A stretch of 44,141 nt of DNA from assembly GCA_052389415.1 (NCBI GenBank), contig JBQTHX010000028.1, positions 1 through 44,141 of the forward strand, in the 5' to 3' direction. Both the position numbers and the translations under genes were made by a program. Shown one piece after another: positions 27,925 through 35,999 of the stretch. The stretch is from Nitrosopumilaceae archaeon (GTDB lineage: Archaea; Thermoproteota; Nitrososphaeria; Nitrososphaerales; Nitrosopumilaceae). Under the pieces are notes generated by a model that had not been told where the DNA came from, ran no database searches, and saw only the letters and a program-made list of their open reading frames with translations. Within the stretch, counting starts at the first letter, position 1; every line of letters starts with the position of its first letter.

Positions 27925-28818
27925 TTAGAATCTAACCATTCTCTTGTACTGATTGAACCTCTTTTGGATTTGAGACTTTTTCAAGCGGGACAAGCCATCA
28001 ACACCGTATTCTTCGACAGCAAATGATCCCATAATGTTTCCATACACAGCAGCTTCTCTAATAACTGAAAATTTTGTGTTATTCTTACTGGCCATATATC
28101 CAATCATTCCACCAGCAAATGAATCGCCTGCGCCCGTAGGATCCAAAATGTTTTCCATAGAAAAGGCAGGAGAAGGAAAAACTACATCTTCATAGAAAAG
28201 AAGTGAACCATGCTCGCCTTTTTTTATAATTACATATTGTGCACCCCATTCCATTATTTTTTTTGCACATTTTATCAAATTCTGAGTCTTCGTTAACAAT
28301 TTTGCTTCTTCGTCGTTTATTACTACCGAGTCTACCATGCCCATCATTTTGATAACGTAATCTCTTTTTGTTGAAATCCAAAAATCAATTGTATCACACA
28401 TAGAAAATTTGATCCTGTCAAATTCTTCGATGACTTTAATGTTCTGTATGGGATCATTATTTGCTAAATATACAAATTCTGATTTTTTATATTCCTCTGG
28501 AACCTTTGGATCAAAATTACCCAAAACATTAAGTTCGGTTTTGTTAGTAGTTCTATGACTAAGTGTTTCATCATAACTACCATCATACCTGAACGTTTTT
28601 CCACTAGCGAGCTTTAGACCATCTAAATCAAGAAACTTGTCTAGTAGATGGTGGTATTTTTTTGGAAAGTCCTGCCCAATTACTGCTATAAGACCAGGTT
28701 TTACGAAGAAACTTGCTGATAAGGCAGCAAACGTAGCTGCACCACCAAGAACATCCTTTAGAACCTTTTTTGGAGTTCTTATAGTGTCTAGCGCTACAGA
28801 ACCAAAAACAGTAAGCAT
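27925..28818 (-). CDS. PfkB family carbohydrate/nucleoside kinase
   Basis: Start MLTVFGSVALD at ATG 28818; LGGAA, KKGEHG, DPTGAGDSFAGG. Confidence 0.9.
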   Translation of the reverse strand: MLTVFGSVALDTIRTPKKVLKDVLGGAATFAALSASFFVKPGLIAVIGQDFPKKYHHLLDKFLDLDGLKLASGKTFRYDGSYDETLSHRTTNKTELNVLGNFDPKVPEEYKKSEFVYLANNDPIQNIKVIEEFDRIKFSMCDTIDFWISTKRDYVIKMMGMVDSVVINDEEAKLLTKTQNLIKCAKKIMEWGAQYVIIKKGEHGSLLFYEDVVFPSPAFSMENILDPTGAGDSFAGGMIGYMASKNNTKFSVIREAAVYGNIMGSFAVEEYGVDGLSRLKKSQIQKRFNQYKRMVRF

Positions 28819-28831
28819 GTTTTTGCAGTTC

Positions 28832-29305
28832 TTATTGACCGTGTATAAATTGTCTTGCTTCCTCTTGTGTAGGATAATAGGTAAATGGGATCTTAAGTGA
28901 AGTAAATAGCAGATCGTATGCAACTGTTCCATCAAGTTTAAGCGATGGTGAATCTTCGCTCTTTTCATATTTATCAAGAACTTTGTTGTCAGCAAGAAAT
29001 GTTGTTTCTTTTTCACTTTTTCCATTTGCAGGAATAATAGTTGGTTCTAATACTCCTGCCCCAAGATTCTCCCCTTCAGCTGAAATAATAAAATCTGTTC
29101 TTCCTACACTTAGAATCATAAATGACGGGTTGTTAAATTCAAGATCAATCGTATAAAGAGTACCTTCCTCAGTTCTTTCAATTATCTTACTACTTTTCAG
29201 AGATACATCCAGTTGAGTTGCTGCCGCATATTGCAAGTAACCAAATATGGTAATAATTGCTATTATTGAAACAATAATTATTGTTATCTTGTACTTTCGC
29301 TTCAT
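28832..29305 (-). CDS. LEA type 2/WHy domain protein
   Basis: N-terminal TM helix; FNNPS...IPANG pattern. Confidence 0.65.
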   Translation of the reverse strand: MKRKYKITIIIVSIIAIITIFGYLQYAAATQLDVSLKSSKIIERTEEGTLYTIDLEFNNPSFMILSVGRTDFIISAEGENLGAGVLEPTIIPANGKSEKETTFLADNKVLDKYEKSEDSPSLKLDGTVAYDLLFTSLKIPFTYYPTQEEARQFIHGQ

Positions 29306-29442
29306 AGCAATTTTAAATTTTAATTGCTTTTTAGTTTACACAGGAAAAAAACCATATTTTTATGTGTAAAAGTTTTGATCTATTTTCTAAGTAGCTTAGA
29401 GCTAGTAGGATAAATGAAAATATACAAAGGAGTATTTGTAAA

Positions 29443-29889
29443 ATGGCCAGAATTAGGCTAAAATTAGGCACAAACGAGATTGAAGTAGACTCTAAGGATT
29501 TCTACGTAGACAATCAAAGTGTAGACGACGTCATAAGCAATCTGGCTAGATACGTAGCGGAAGCAACTCCAGTTCCCAATACAGAAATTACCACGAATTA
29601 TTTAGATTCTCTTGAAGATGTAGAAATTCATGAACCAGAATTCACCGCACCTGTATCTATTGATCATAGTCAAATAAAGAGCAAAATACACATACTTGTA
29701 AGAGACTCTTTTTTTGAACAGCCAAGAACAGTCTCCGAAGTTGTTGCTCAACTTCATGAATATGGTTGGTCAGCAAGGCCTCTGGATGTCTCCAAAGTAC
29801 TTGTAAACATGGCTTCAAACAGAGAACTCCAAAAGGAATTACAAGACAAACGCAATTACTATAGCAATAATCTAGTTCAACTCAACTAG
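29443..29889 (+). CDS. Hypothetical protein with C-terminal winged-helix-like region
   Basis: FFEQPRTVSEVV..L...GW...DVSKVL..M....EL.......NYY. Confidence 0.65.
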   Translation: MARIRLKLGTNEIEVDSKDFYVDNQSVDDVISNLARYVAEATPVPNTEITTNYLDSLEDVEIHEPEFTAPVSIDHSQIKSKIHILVRDSFFEQPRTVSEVVAQLHEYGWSARPLDVSKVLVNMASNRELQKELQDKRNYYSNNLVQLN

Positions 29890-30067
29890 ATTTGTAATTA
29901 CAAATCTTGCAGGATTCAAATACATCTCCTTCCAAATGATCAAAATGTGTATCACATTTTTTACATGTATGATGCATATCAAAATACCCATCTCTTTCTA
30001 GCTCTCCAGTTTGATTTGTTAATAGCTCGATGCTTCCACAATTTATGCAGTGACAACCACATTTCAT
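29882..30067 (-). CDS. 61-aa Cys/His-rich metal-binding protein
   Basis: CGCHCINC...HHTCKKC..HFDH...CKIC (8 Cys, 5 His). Confidence 0.75.
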   Translation of the reverse strand: MKCGCHCINCGSIELLTNQTGELERDGYFDMHHTCKKCDTHFDHLEGDVFESCKICNYKSS

Positions 30068-30099
30068 GGATAATGCTTTGAAATAATGTAATTAATAAT

Positions 30100-31005
30100 C
30101 TAGCGGAAACTGAATCTATTTTTGAAGGAAAGCATGAGAACCATGAATATTCCTATGGCAAGTGGAAGAAATAGAGGAAATTCGGGTATTACAGTGGTGC
30201 CTATGATGTCTATCGTACCTGAAGTATCAGGGCTAAACCCAACCCAAGCATATGTTCCATTATTATTAAACTCGGAATTTCGAGTCTGATTACCATTGAA
30301 ATAAACATCATAAGGTTCCCACAATAATTCTAGCGGAATTATTGCTGTTACTAACGAATTGTCTTTTGTCATATCAAATGTAATTCTTTTTTCTTTTTGA
30401 TTGAACTCAAATCCATCAATATCTGCCAAAGTTCTTATTCCTACTTGAAATTTTTTATCTTCCCATGTTATTTCCTTGAAAATCACAGGTTCATTCAATA
30501 TGTATTCTAAAGTCATTTCACCGCCATGTTGGCGTATGCCTTTACCTCCGGTGTAGATGGGGTTATCATTAATCCATATCATATCGACATTTTGAGGAAA
30601 GTAAAAATTTGTTGGTTCAATACCAACCCAATTCCATGTCCATACACCATCTTTCAAAACTAGTACATTACTAAGATCATATTTTATGAAAATTGTTTCA
30701 TAGCTTGATGGGGGTAAAACTATTGCAATAGGATATTTCTCCAGCGTTAAATATTGCACTTCACTTGCATTCTTATCTACTACAGAAAGATTTGACATCG
30801 TACCTACAATTGTTTCAACTTGTTGGGTAGCTTCTCGATTTCCTTGCACTTCGTGTGTTACATGTGCTATCCCATCTTCATCGATTATCACCTTAATGAT
30901 CTGTTTAGAGGGTTCACCAAAAGATATCTGTCCAAAAGCTTCTGACATGGAAAAAAATAATCCAACAATAACTAGTATCATAAATATTTTTTTCAATTTC
31001 ATCAT
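30100..31005 (-). CDS. Surface protein with PEF-CTERM-type sorting signal
   Basis: Signal peptide; C-terminal IIGTTVIPEFP + TM helix + KNRFSFR. Confidence 0.8.
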   Translation of the reverse strand: MMKLKKIFMILVIVGLFFSMSEAFGQISFGEPSKQIIKVIIDEDGIAHVTHEVQGNREATQQVETIVGTMSNLSVVDKNASEVQYLTLEKYPIAIVLPPSSYETIFIKYDLSNVLVLKDGVWTWNWVGIEPTNFYFPQNVDMIWINDNPIYTGGKGIRQHGGEMTLEYILNEPVIFKEITWEDKKFQVGIRTLADIDGFEFNQKEKRITFDMTKDNSLVTAIIPLELLWEPYDVYFNGNQTRNSEFNNNGTYAWVGFSPDTSGTIDIIGTTVIPEFPLFLPLAIGIFMVLMLSFKNRFSFR

Positions 31006-31485
31006 CTAATCAGATATGGTTACATGAAGCAGCTTTGCTTCTTGAGTAGGACAGTCATTTTTGTCTCTAGGCAAATTTACTATTTTGTCTGCCACATCCA
31101 TTCCTTCCAATACTTGACCAAAGACAGTATACTGCCTATCAAGAAAAGTACTATCAGTGGTAACTATGAAAAACTGAGAACCTGCACTGTCAGGGTCCAT
31201 TGCTCTAGCCATGGAAACTATGCCCCGTAGATGTGACTTGGAGTTGAATTCTGCCTTTATCGTATATCCTGGACCTCCAGTGCCCCAACTACCTTTGTCA
31301 AGCTTTTTCGTGTTAGGATCCCCGCCCTGAATCATAAATCCTGGTATTACTCTATGAAATAACACGCCATCATAGAATGAAGTCTTGGCAAGATTTACAA
31401 AGTTGCGTACTGTTTCTGGGGCTAGATTTGGCAAAAGCTCAAAAACTATTTTTCCAAAATTTGTTTCTATTGTAGTCTTTGGCAT
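31006..31485 (-). CDS. Cyclophilin-type PPIase (cytoplasmic)
   Basis: FYDGVLFHRVIPGFMIQGGDP, SMAR, AGSQFFI, YTVFG. Confidence 0.95.
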   Translation of the reverse strand: MPKTTIETNFGKIVFELLPNLAPETVRNFVNLAKTSFYDGVLFHRVIPGFMIQGGDPNTKKLDKGSWGTGGPGYTIKAEFNSKSHLRGIVSMARAMDPDSAGSQFFIVTTDSTFLDRQYTVFGQVLEGMDVADKIVNLPRDKNDCPTQEAKLLHVTISD

Positions 31486-31826
31486 TTTCTCAAACTAGTT
31501 ACTTTTATCATAAGAGTCTTACTATGCATGCATCTATTATGCGGTAAAATTGATTCAAATCCAAGAAATCGTCGAGTCCACACTAGAGAATTTCTATTAA
31601 AGTATACAATAATCACAAATATTCAAGCAAAAGAATCGAAAAGTCAGAAATCAAAAACATGAATTTAGGCACAAAATAATTTGGATCCGTTTTTATAATA
31701 AATATTTTCAAAAAATTCCGGTAGTACCTAACAGAATTATTGATCAGACAATTTTCATTTATTAAATATAATACAAGTTAACCGTACAGTAACAGTCTTA
31801 TATAGAAGATCTGAAAAATACAAATC

Positions 31827-32072
31827 GTGAATCGGTCTACTCAAAGCACAAATATTAAAGAAGCAATCAACGCGTTACTTGATAAAGGACTTACAGACAA
31901 ACAAGTTATCTATTCAAAAGTAGTAGAAGATCTTGGTGTTCCTAGACCTACTGTAAGAAGAGTTGCGCGAGATTTAAGGAATGAACTTTTACAAAAAATT
32001 CAGATTTTGCAATCTGAGGTTCCAAGACCTGGGTATTTTGGCAATAATGATGCAGAAAGTGTTACTGCCTAG
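31827..32072 (+). CDS. Small HTH-like protein
   Basis: IYSKVVEDLGVPRPTVRRVARDLR; CTTATATA TATA 22-30 nt upstream of GTG; T-rich tail after stop. Confidence 0.7.
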   Translation: MNRSTQSTNIKEAINALLDKGLTDKQVIYSKVVEDLGVPRPTVRRVARDLRNELLQKIQILQSEVPRPGYFGNNDAESVTA

Positions 32073-32154
32073 CAAAATCTTTTCTTTTTATCTGTCGTCT
32101 CAAGTTTAGTATTTTTCATTACTGTTATAAGCAAGAAAATTTGTGATGTGAAAT

Positions 32155-32607
32155 ATGGGACACATTCCTACTGCTACTGTCGGTGCCTTGGCAGCAGTCC
32201 TCACTGGTTTATATTTTGTGCTTCCCAGTGCACTACACTTTACCATGTTAGTATTCATTATAGCGGCATGGTTTCTAGTTGTTATATGCTGGCTCGCACA
32301 AAAAAGTGCAGATTACATGCATAAACATAACTCGGGCCACGAAATAAAAAAAAAGCTAACTGAGAGTAGTCAGTTCCAAACAGGCCAACTAAGTATTAAA
32401 GATCTAGAACAAACTAAGATTCAATTCTCTATTGATCTTGAAGAATTACAAGATAGCGTAAAAATTAAGGATAATGAAATAGAAAAACTGAAAAAAGAGA
32501 TTGCTAATCTCAAGACTCTGGTAGAAATAGAATCTCTTAGGACAGAGCTGGCGCAGTTAAAAATGCTAGCTGCGCAAGAAGACACAAAACGCAAAAAGAA
32601 AAAATAG
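32155..32607 (+). CDS. Membrane protein with two TM helices and C-terminal coiled coil
   Basis: Two hydrophobic segments, then heptad-rich LEELQDSVKIKDNEIEKLKKEIANLK. Confidence 0.7.
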   Translation: MGHIPTATVGALAAVLTGLYFVLPSALHFTMLVFIIAAWFLVVICWLAQKSADYMHKHNSGHEIKKKLTESSQFQTGQLSIKDLEQTKIQFSIDLEELQDSVKIKDNEIEKLKKEIANLKTLVEIESLRTELAQLKMLAAQEDTKRKKKK

Positions 32608-32608
32608 T

Positions 32609-32725
32609 CTATTTGCAGTACTCACATTTATGATGCTCATGATTTTGATTACAACTAGGACAACTTACCGCTCCGCCAAAGTGACAATTACACCGGCATC
32701 CGTCATTTAGTTTCTCTTCTGACAT
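32609..32725 (-). CDS. 38-aa Cys/His-rich metallothionein-like peptide (not in ORF track)
   Basis: Manual translation MSEEKLNDGCRCNCHFGGAVSCPSCNQNHEHHKCEYCK; 7 Cys, 4 His; stop 1 nt from convergent gene stop. Confidence 0.7.
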   Translation of the reverse strand: MSEEKLNDGCRCNCHFGGAVSCPSCNQNHEHHKCEYCK

Positions 32726-32781
32726 ATGGTGATGAATTAATTGTCAGTCAACTTAATATGTAACTTTAATGGTGAAATTTT

Positions 32782-33207
32782 ATGAAATACTTTATTGGTT
32801 TTGGATTGGCAGCTTTAACTGCAATAATTATGATATCTCCAAATTCTACTTCATCTATATCAGAAGAATTTCCTTCTATTCCAACATTTGTATCAGGAGA
32901 TGATTCAATTGTGTTGCAACAAAAAATAATTTCGATGCATATTCCAGAGGATAATACTCTCCCATGGGGTTTTGTTGAGGGTAAGGTGATAAATCCGGCA
33001 GAGGGATATCCAGTAATAATTCAGATATACAAAAATGATGAACCTGTTCACTTTGCACAGACTGATGTTAAAGAAGATGGTTCTTATGAATACAAATTCC
33101 GTGCTAGAAATGTAGATGGTGACAAAGTGATTAATATCTTCCAAGGCGACTACACAGTCAAAATATTCAAAACTGTTTATTCTGCACCTAGCGCAAAGAT
33201 AGTCTAG
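32782..33207 (+). CDS. Secreted Ig-like hypothetical protein
   Basis: Signal peptide; GKV.NP..GYPVIIQI...DGSYEYKFR...GDYTVK. Confidence 0.7.
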   Translation: MKYFIGFGLAALTAIIMISPNSTSSISEEFPSIPTFVSGDDSIVLQQKIISMHIPEDNTLPWGFVEGKVINPAEGYPVIIQIYKNDEPVHFAQTDVKEDGSYEYKFRARNVDGDKVINIFQGDYTVKIFKTVYSAPSAKIV

Positions 33208-33470
33208 GAAACAAGCTTTAGAGTTTCTTCAACTAATTCCAGTAACCTGGTCTTAGCAGTTTCATCAGCTATTTTACCTTCGTTAATCTGGTTTGTAGTC
33301 ATGGGTACTGTCTTTGGATTTGTTATTACTCAAGACATCAAGGCCGTAATTGCATTTTGAACATTTGAGAAACTAATTTTTCCTGAAGCCATAATTGCTA
33401 TTCTTACAGTTTTTCCACTAGTCTCTTTGTAATTGATATACTTAAAGAGATTCTTTAAAGATGAACTAAA
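33204..33470 (-). pseudogene. NADPH-dependent FMN reductase remnant (5'-truncated, internal stop)
   Basis: FSSSLKNLFKYINYKETSGKTVRIAIMASGKISFSNVQNAITALMS*VITNPKT...RLLELVEETLKLVS*; TGA at 33330-33332; N-terminal half missing. Confidence 0.7.
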
Positions 33471-33509
33471 TTTTTTTTATCATAGATTCAAAAAAAGATT
33501 ATTGTAAGG

Positions 33510-33602
33510 CGGGCTCGGAGGGCTTCGATCCCTCGACCTGTAACTTAGGAGGCTACCGCGCTATCCATGTTGCGCGTCAAAATGACACTGCGCCACGAGC
33601 CC
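33510..33602 (-). tRNA. tRNA-Arg(CCT) with 18-nt D-loop intron (33570-33587, position 15/16)
   Basis: Acceptor GGGCTCG/CGAGCCC, D-stem GCGC/GCGC, anticodon arm GTAGC-CTCCTAA-GTTAC, T-arm GAGGG-ATCGAAG-CCCTC. Confidence 0.92.
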
Positions 33603-33626
33603 AGCAAAAATCAACTTTGTAACCAT

Positions 33627-34337
33627 TTAAGCGTAATCTAAATTTGAAACTATCATCTGATGAATCTGATACCAGCTAGGATCATCGACCTTATTCCATT
33701 TCTCATAAAAAACGACATCTTTCAGGTCAAGTCTTGGTAACCAGCCGGCAGTCTCAAGATCTGGTTTTTGTGCAAATTCTGAAACATGACCTAGACACAG
33801 GTATGCAACTGGAACAACATGATCTGGAATTTCTAGAGTTTTTTTAAGATCATCATTGGAAAGAATACTCACCCATCCCAGTCCAACTCCTTCTGTTCTT
33901 GCTGCAAGCCATAAATTTTGAATTGCACAACAAACACTGTAAATTCCTGTTTCAGGAATGCTGGTTCTGCCAATTACAAATGGACCAAACTTAGAGGGAT
34001 CGTAAGTAACGCAAATGTTTACTGCAGAATCTATTATGCCTTCAAGTCTTAAAGCTAAATATCTTGATCTTTTTGGGTCTTTGATGAGTTCAGATGAACG
34101 GATTCTTTCCCTGTCAAAGGAATCTTTTATCTTCCTTCTTGTTTCCTGATCTTTTATTAAAATAAAATTCCATGGTTGAGAAAAACCTACAGAAGGAGCG
34201 TGATGAGCTGCATTTAAAATTCTAGATAATGTTTTATCGTCTATTGGCTCCGGGCTAAAGTGAGATCTCACATCGCGCCTAGAAAAAACTGCCTTGTAAA
34301 AGCCATTTTTTTCGTCTTTAGAAAAATCTTCATGCAT
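33627..34337 (-). CDS. bluB: 5,6-dimethylbenzimidazole synthase
   Basis: RRDVR, APSVGFSQPW, LRLEGI, YSVCCAIQNLWLAARTEGVGLGWVSI. Confidence 0.93.
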   Translation of the reverse strand: MHEDFSKDEKNGFYKAVFSRRDVRSHFSPEPIDDKTLSRILNAAHHAPSVGFSQPWNFILIKDQETRRKIKDSFDRERIRSSELIKDPKRSRYLALRLEGIIDSAVNICVTYDPSKFGPFVIGRTSIPETGIYSVCCAIQNLWLAARTEGVGLGWVSILSNDDLKKTLEIPDHVVPVAYLCLGHVSEFAQKPDLETAGWLPRLDLKDVVFYEKWNKVDDPSWYQIHQMIVSNLDYA

Positions 34338-34422
34338 GAATACTCACCAAAAACAATGCATATTATTCTTATTTTTTTAAATTAAACGTTAATAACGGCT
34401 CTTAAAAGAGTCGTATTCTATT

Positions 34423-34496
34423 GGGCCGATCGTCTAGTTGGTTAGGATACCGCCCTGACACGGCGGTGGTCGAGAGTTCAAATCTCTCTCGGCCCA
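34423..34496 (+). tRNA. tRNA-Val(GAC)
   Basis: Acceptor GGGCCGA/TCGGCCC, anticodon arm CCGCC-CTGACAC-GGCGG, T-arm GAGAG-TTCAAAT-CTCTC; CCA not encoded. Confidence 0.96.
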
Positions 34497-34529
34497 CTTG
34501 TTTTTATTAAGCAAAAATCTTGGTAAAAC

Positions 34530-34928
34530 ATGATTGAATTTACTCAGAATGAAATTGAATTTCTAGAAAACAATGAGGCGTGTAGAATAGCAACATCATT
34601 TAACGATATACCGCATGTAACTCCTGTAACTTATTATTTTGAAAATGGTCTTTTCTACATAGCAACTGATTACAACACGAAAAAATATTCTAATCTGATA
34701 AAAAACAAGAATGTTGCAGTTACTATTGATATCTATCTTGAAGGTAAACATAAAGCAGTAATAGTGCAGGGGACTGCAGAATTTATTGAACGGGGAAAAG
34801 AATACATGCTACTATATGAGATATTTTTTAAAAAATTCTACTGGGTAAAAGAAACTCCATGGGAAGAAGGAGAAGCTCCATTTATAAAAATTACACCACA
34901 AAAAAGGACTAGCTGGGGTTTGAATTAA
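34530..34928 (+). CDS. Pyridoxamine 5'-phosphate oxidase-like split-barrel protein
   Basis: CRIAT....PHVTPV, TKKYSNL..N.NVAVTID, VIVQG, SWG. Confidence 0.85.
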   Translation: MIEFTQNEIEFLENNEACRIATSFNDIPHVTPVTYYFENGLFYIATDYNTKKYSNLIKNKNVAVTIDIYLEGKHKAVIVQGTAEFIERGKEYMLLYEIFFKKFYWVKETPWEEGEAPFIKITPQKRTSWGLN

Positions 34929-35422
34929 CCAAGCGTGATTTCAAACGGTTTTTCGACAATACTCCAAGCAGATTCGACACTTGCAATCCCCTTGGCTCTA
35001 TAACTTCCTTGTTCACCATTTGTGATTATTGAATACTCGTTTGCAATCTGATCGGTATACACGAGACTAAATTTAGTAGAAAGTTCAACTGAATCGCCTG
35101 CATAAATTGCTGCTCTTCCAGGCATGGCGATATCTTCCGTACTATATTCTCCATTTCCAACATCTTTGTTATTTACAAATAATTCATAATTGATATTAGA
35201 AATAGTAAATGTCTTCTCACTTGGATTGGTTACAAGAAAAATAATCTCAAGAGTAGCACGTTTATCTATGCTGTTTGTATCGAGTACTTTTACATCAACT
35301 AGCTCTAATTGTACCATTTCAAGCTGTGGATTATCTAAACTTGCATAGTAAATCAATCCCAACATTCCAAAGCCTAATCCAACAAATGCGGCAGTTATGA
35401 CCACTTTTCCTCTGCTAACCAA
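34925..35422 (-). CDS. LEA type 2/WHy domain protein
   Basis: Likely TTG start 35422; N-terminal TM helix; VTNPS..TFTI..I.YEL..N. Confidence 0.7.
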   Translation of the reverse strand: MVSRGKVVITAAFVGLGFGMLGLIYYASLDNPQLEMVQLELVDVKVLDTNSIDKRATLEIIFLVTNPSEKTFTISNINYELFVNNKDVGNGEYSTEDIAMPGRAAIYAGDSVELSTKFSLVYTDQIANEYSIITNGEQGSYRAKGIASVESAWSIVEKPFEITLG

Positions 35423-35504
35423 ATCAACAACTAACGGGTTTCTTATAATTAAAAACCTTCTCAGATGCGAACATATAATATTCATAATATGCGGTGATCG
35501 GACT

Positions 35505-35999
35505 ATGCCGATTGTTGATGCACTAATTACTTGGGCTCACCTCATATCTGCCTCTATTTGGGTAGGGGGCTCGCTCTTCATTGGTGTGGTTCTTGCTCCA
35601 CTTTTGAAAACAATATCAGAATCAGTAGAGGAACGATTAGGAATAATGATTCGGGTTGGAAGAAAATTTAACAAGATTGCAGTTCCTTCATTGATAATTC
35701 TGATTGTTACAGGCCTCTACAATTCTAAATACATCCTAAGTAATCCACAAGCAATCTTTGCTACAAATTATGGCATAATTCTTACAATTAAGATAATACT
35801 TGTTCTAGCGTTAATAATCATATTTGCCATTCATGTTAGAATAATAAGATTTGATGTTGAGAAAAAAATTGAAACAAAACAAATGTCACAGGAATCAATT
35901 CAAAAACTTCGCTCAAAAATTATCTCTTTGGGAAGAATCATTGTCTTTATATCAATTGCAATATTGCTGATGGCAGCTATGCTAGATGCTGGAATTTGA
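35505..35999 (+). CDS. CopD family membrane protein
   Basis: WAHLISASIWVGG, IVTG, YG..L..K; GGTGA SD before ATG 35505. Confidence 0.78.
   Translation: MPIVDALITWAHLISASIWVGGSLFIGVVLAPLLKTISESVEERLGIMIRVGRKFNKIAVPSLIILIVTGLYNSKYILSNPQAIFATNYGIILTIKIILVLALIIIFAIHVRIIRFDVEKKIETKQMSQESIQKLRSKIISLGRIIVFISIAILLMAAMLDAGI

Noticed and set aside
33330-33332. In-frame TGA as selenocysteine or readthrough
   Set aside because: The gene also lacks its N-terminal half and start, and the position is not a catalytic Cys site; decay is simpler
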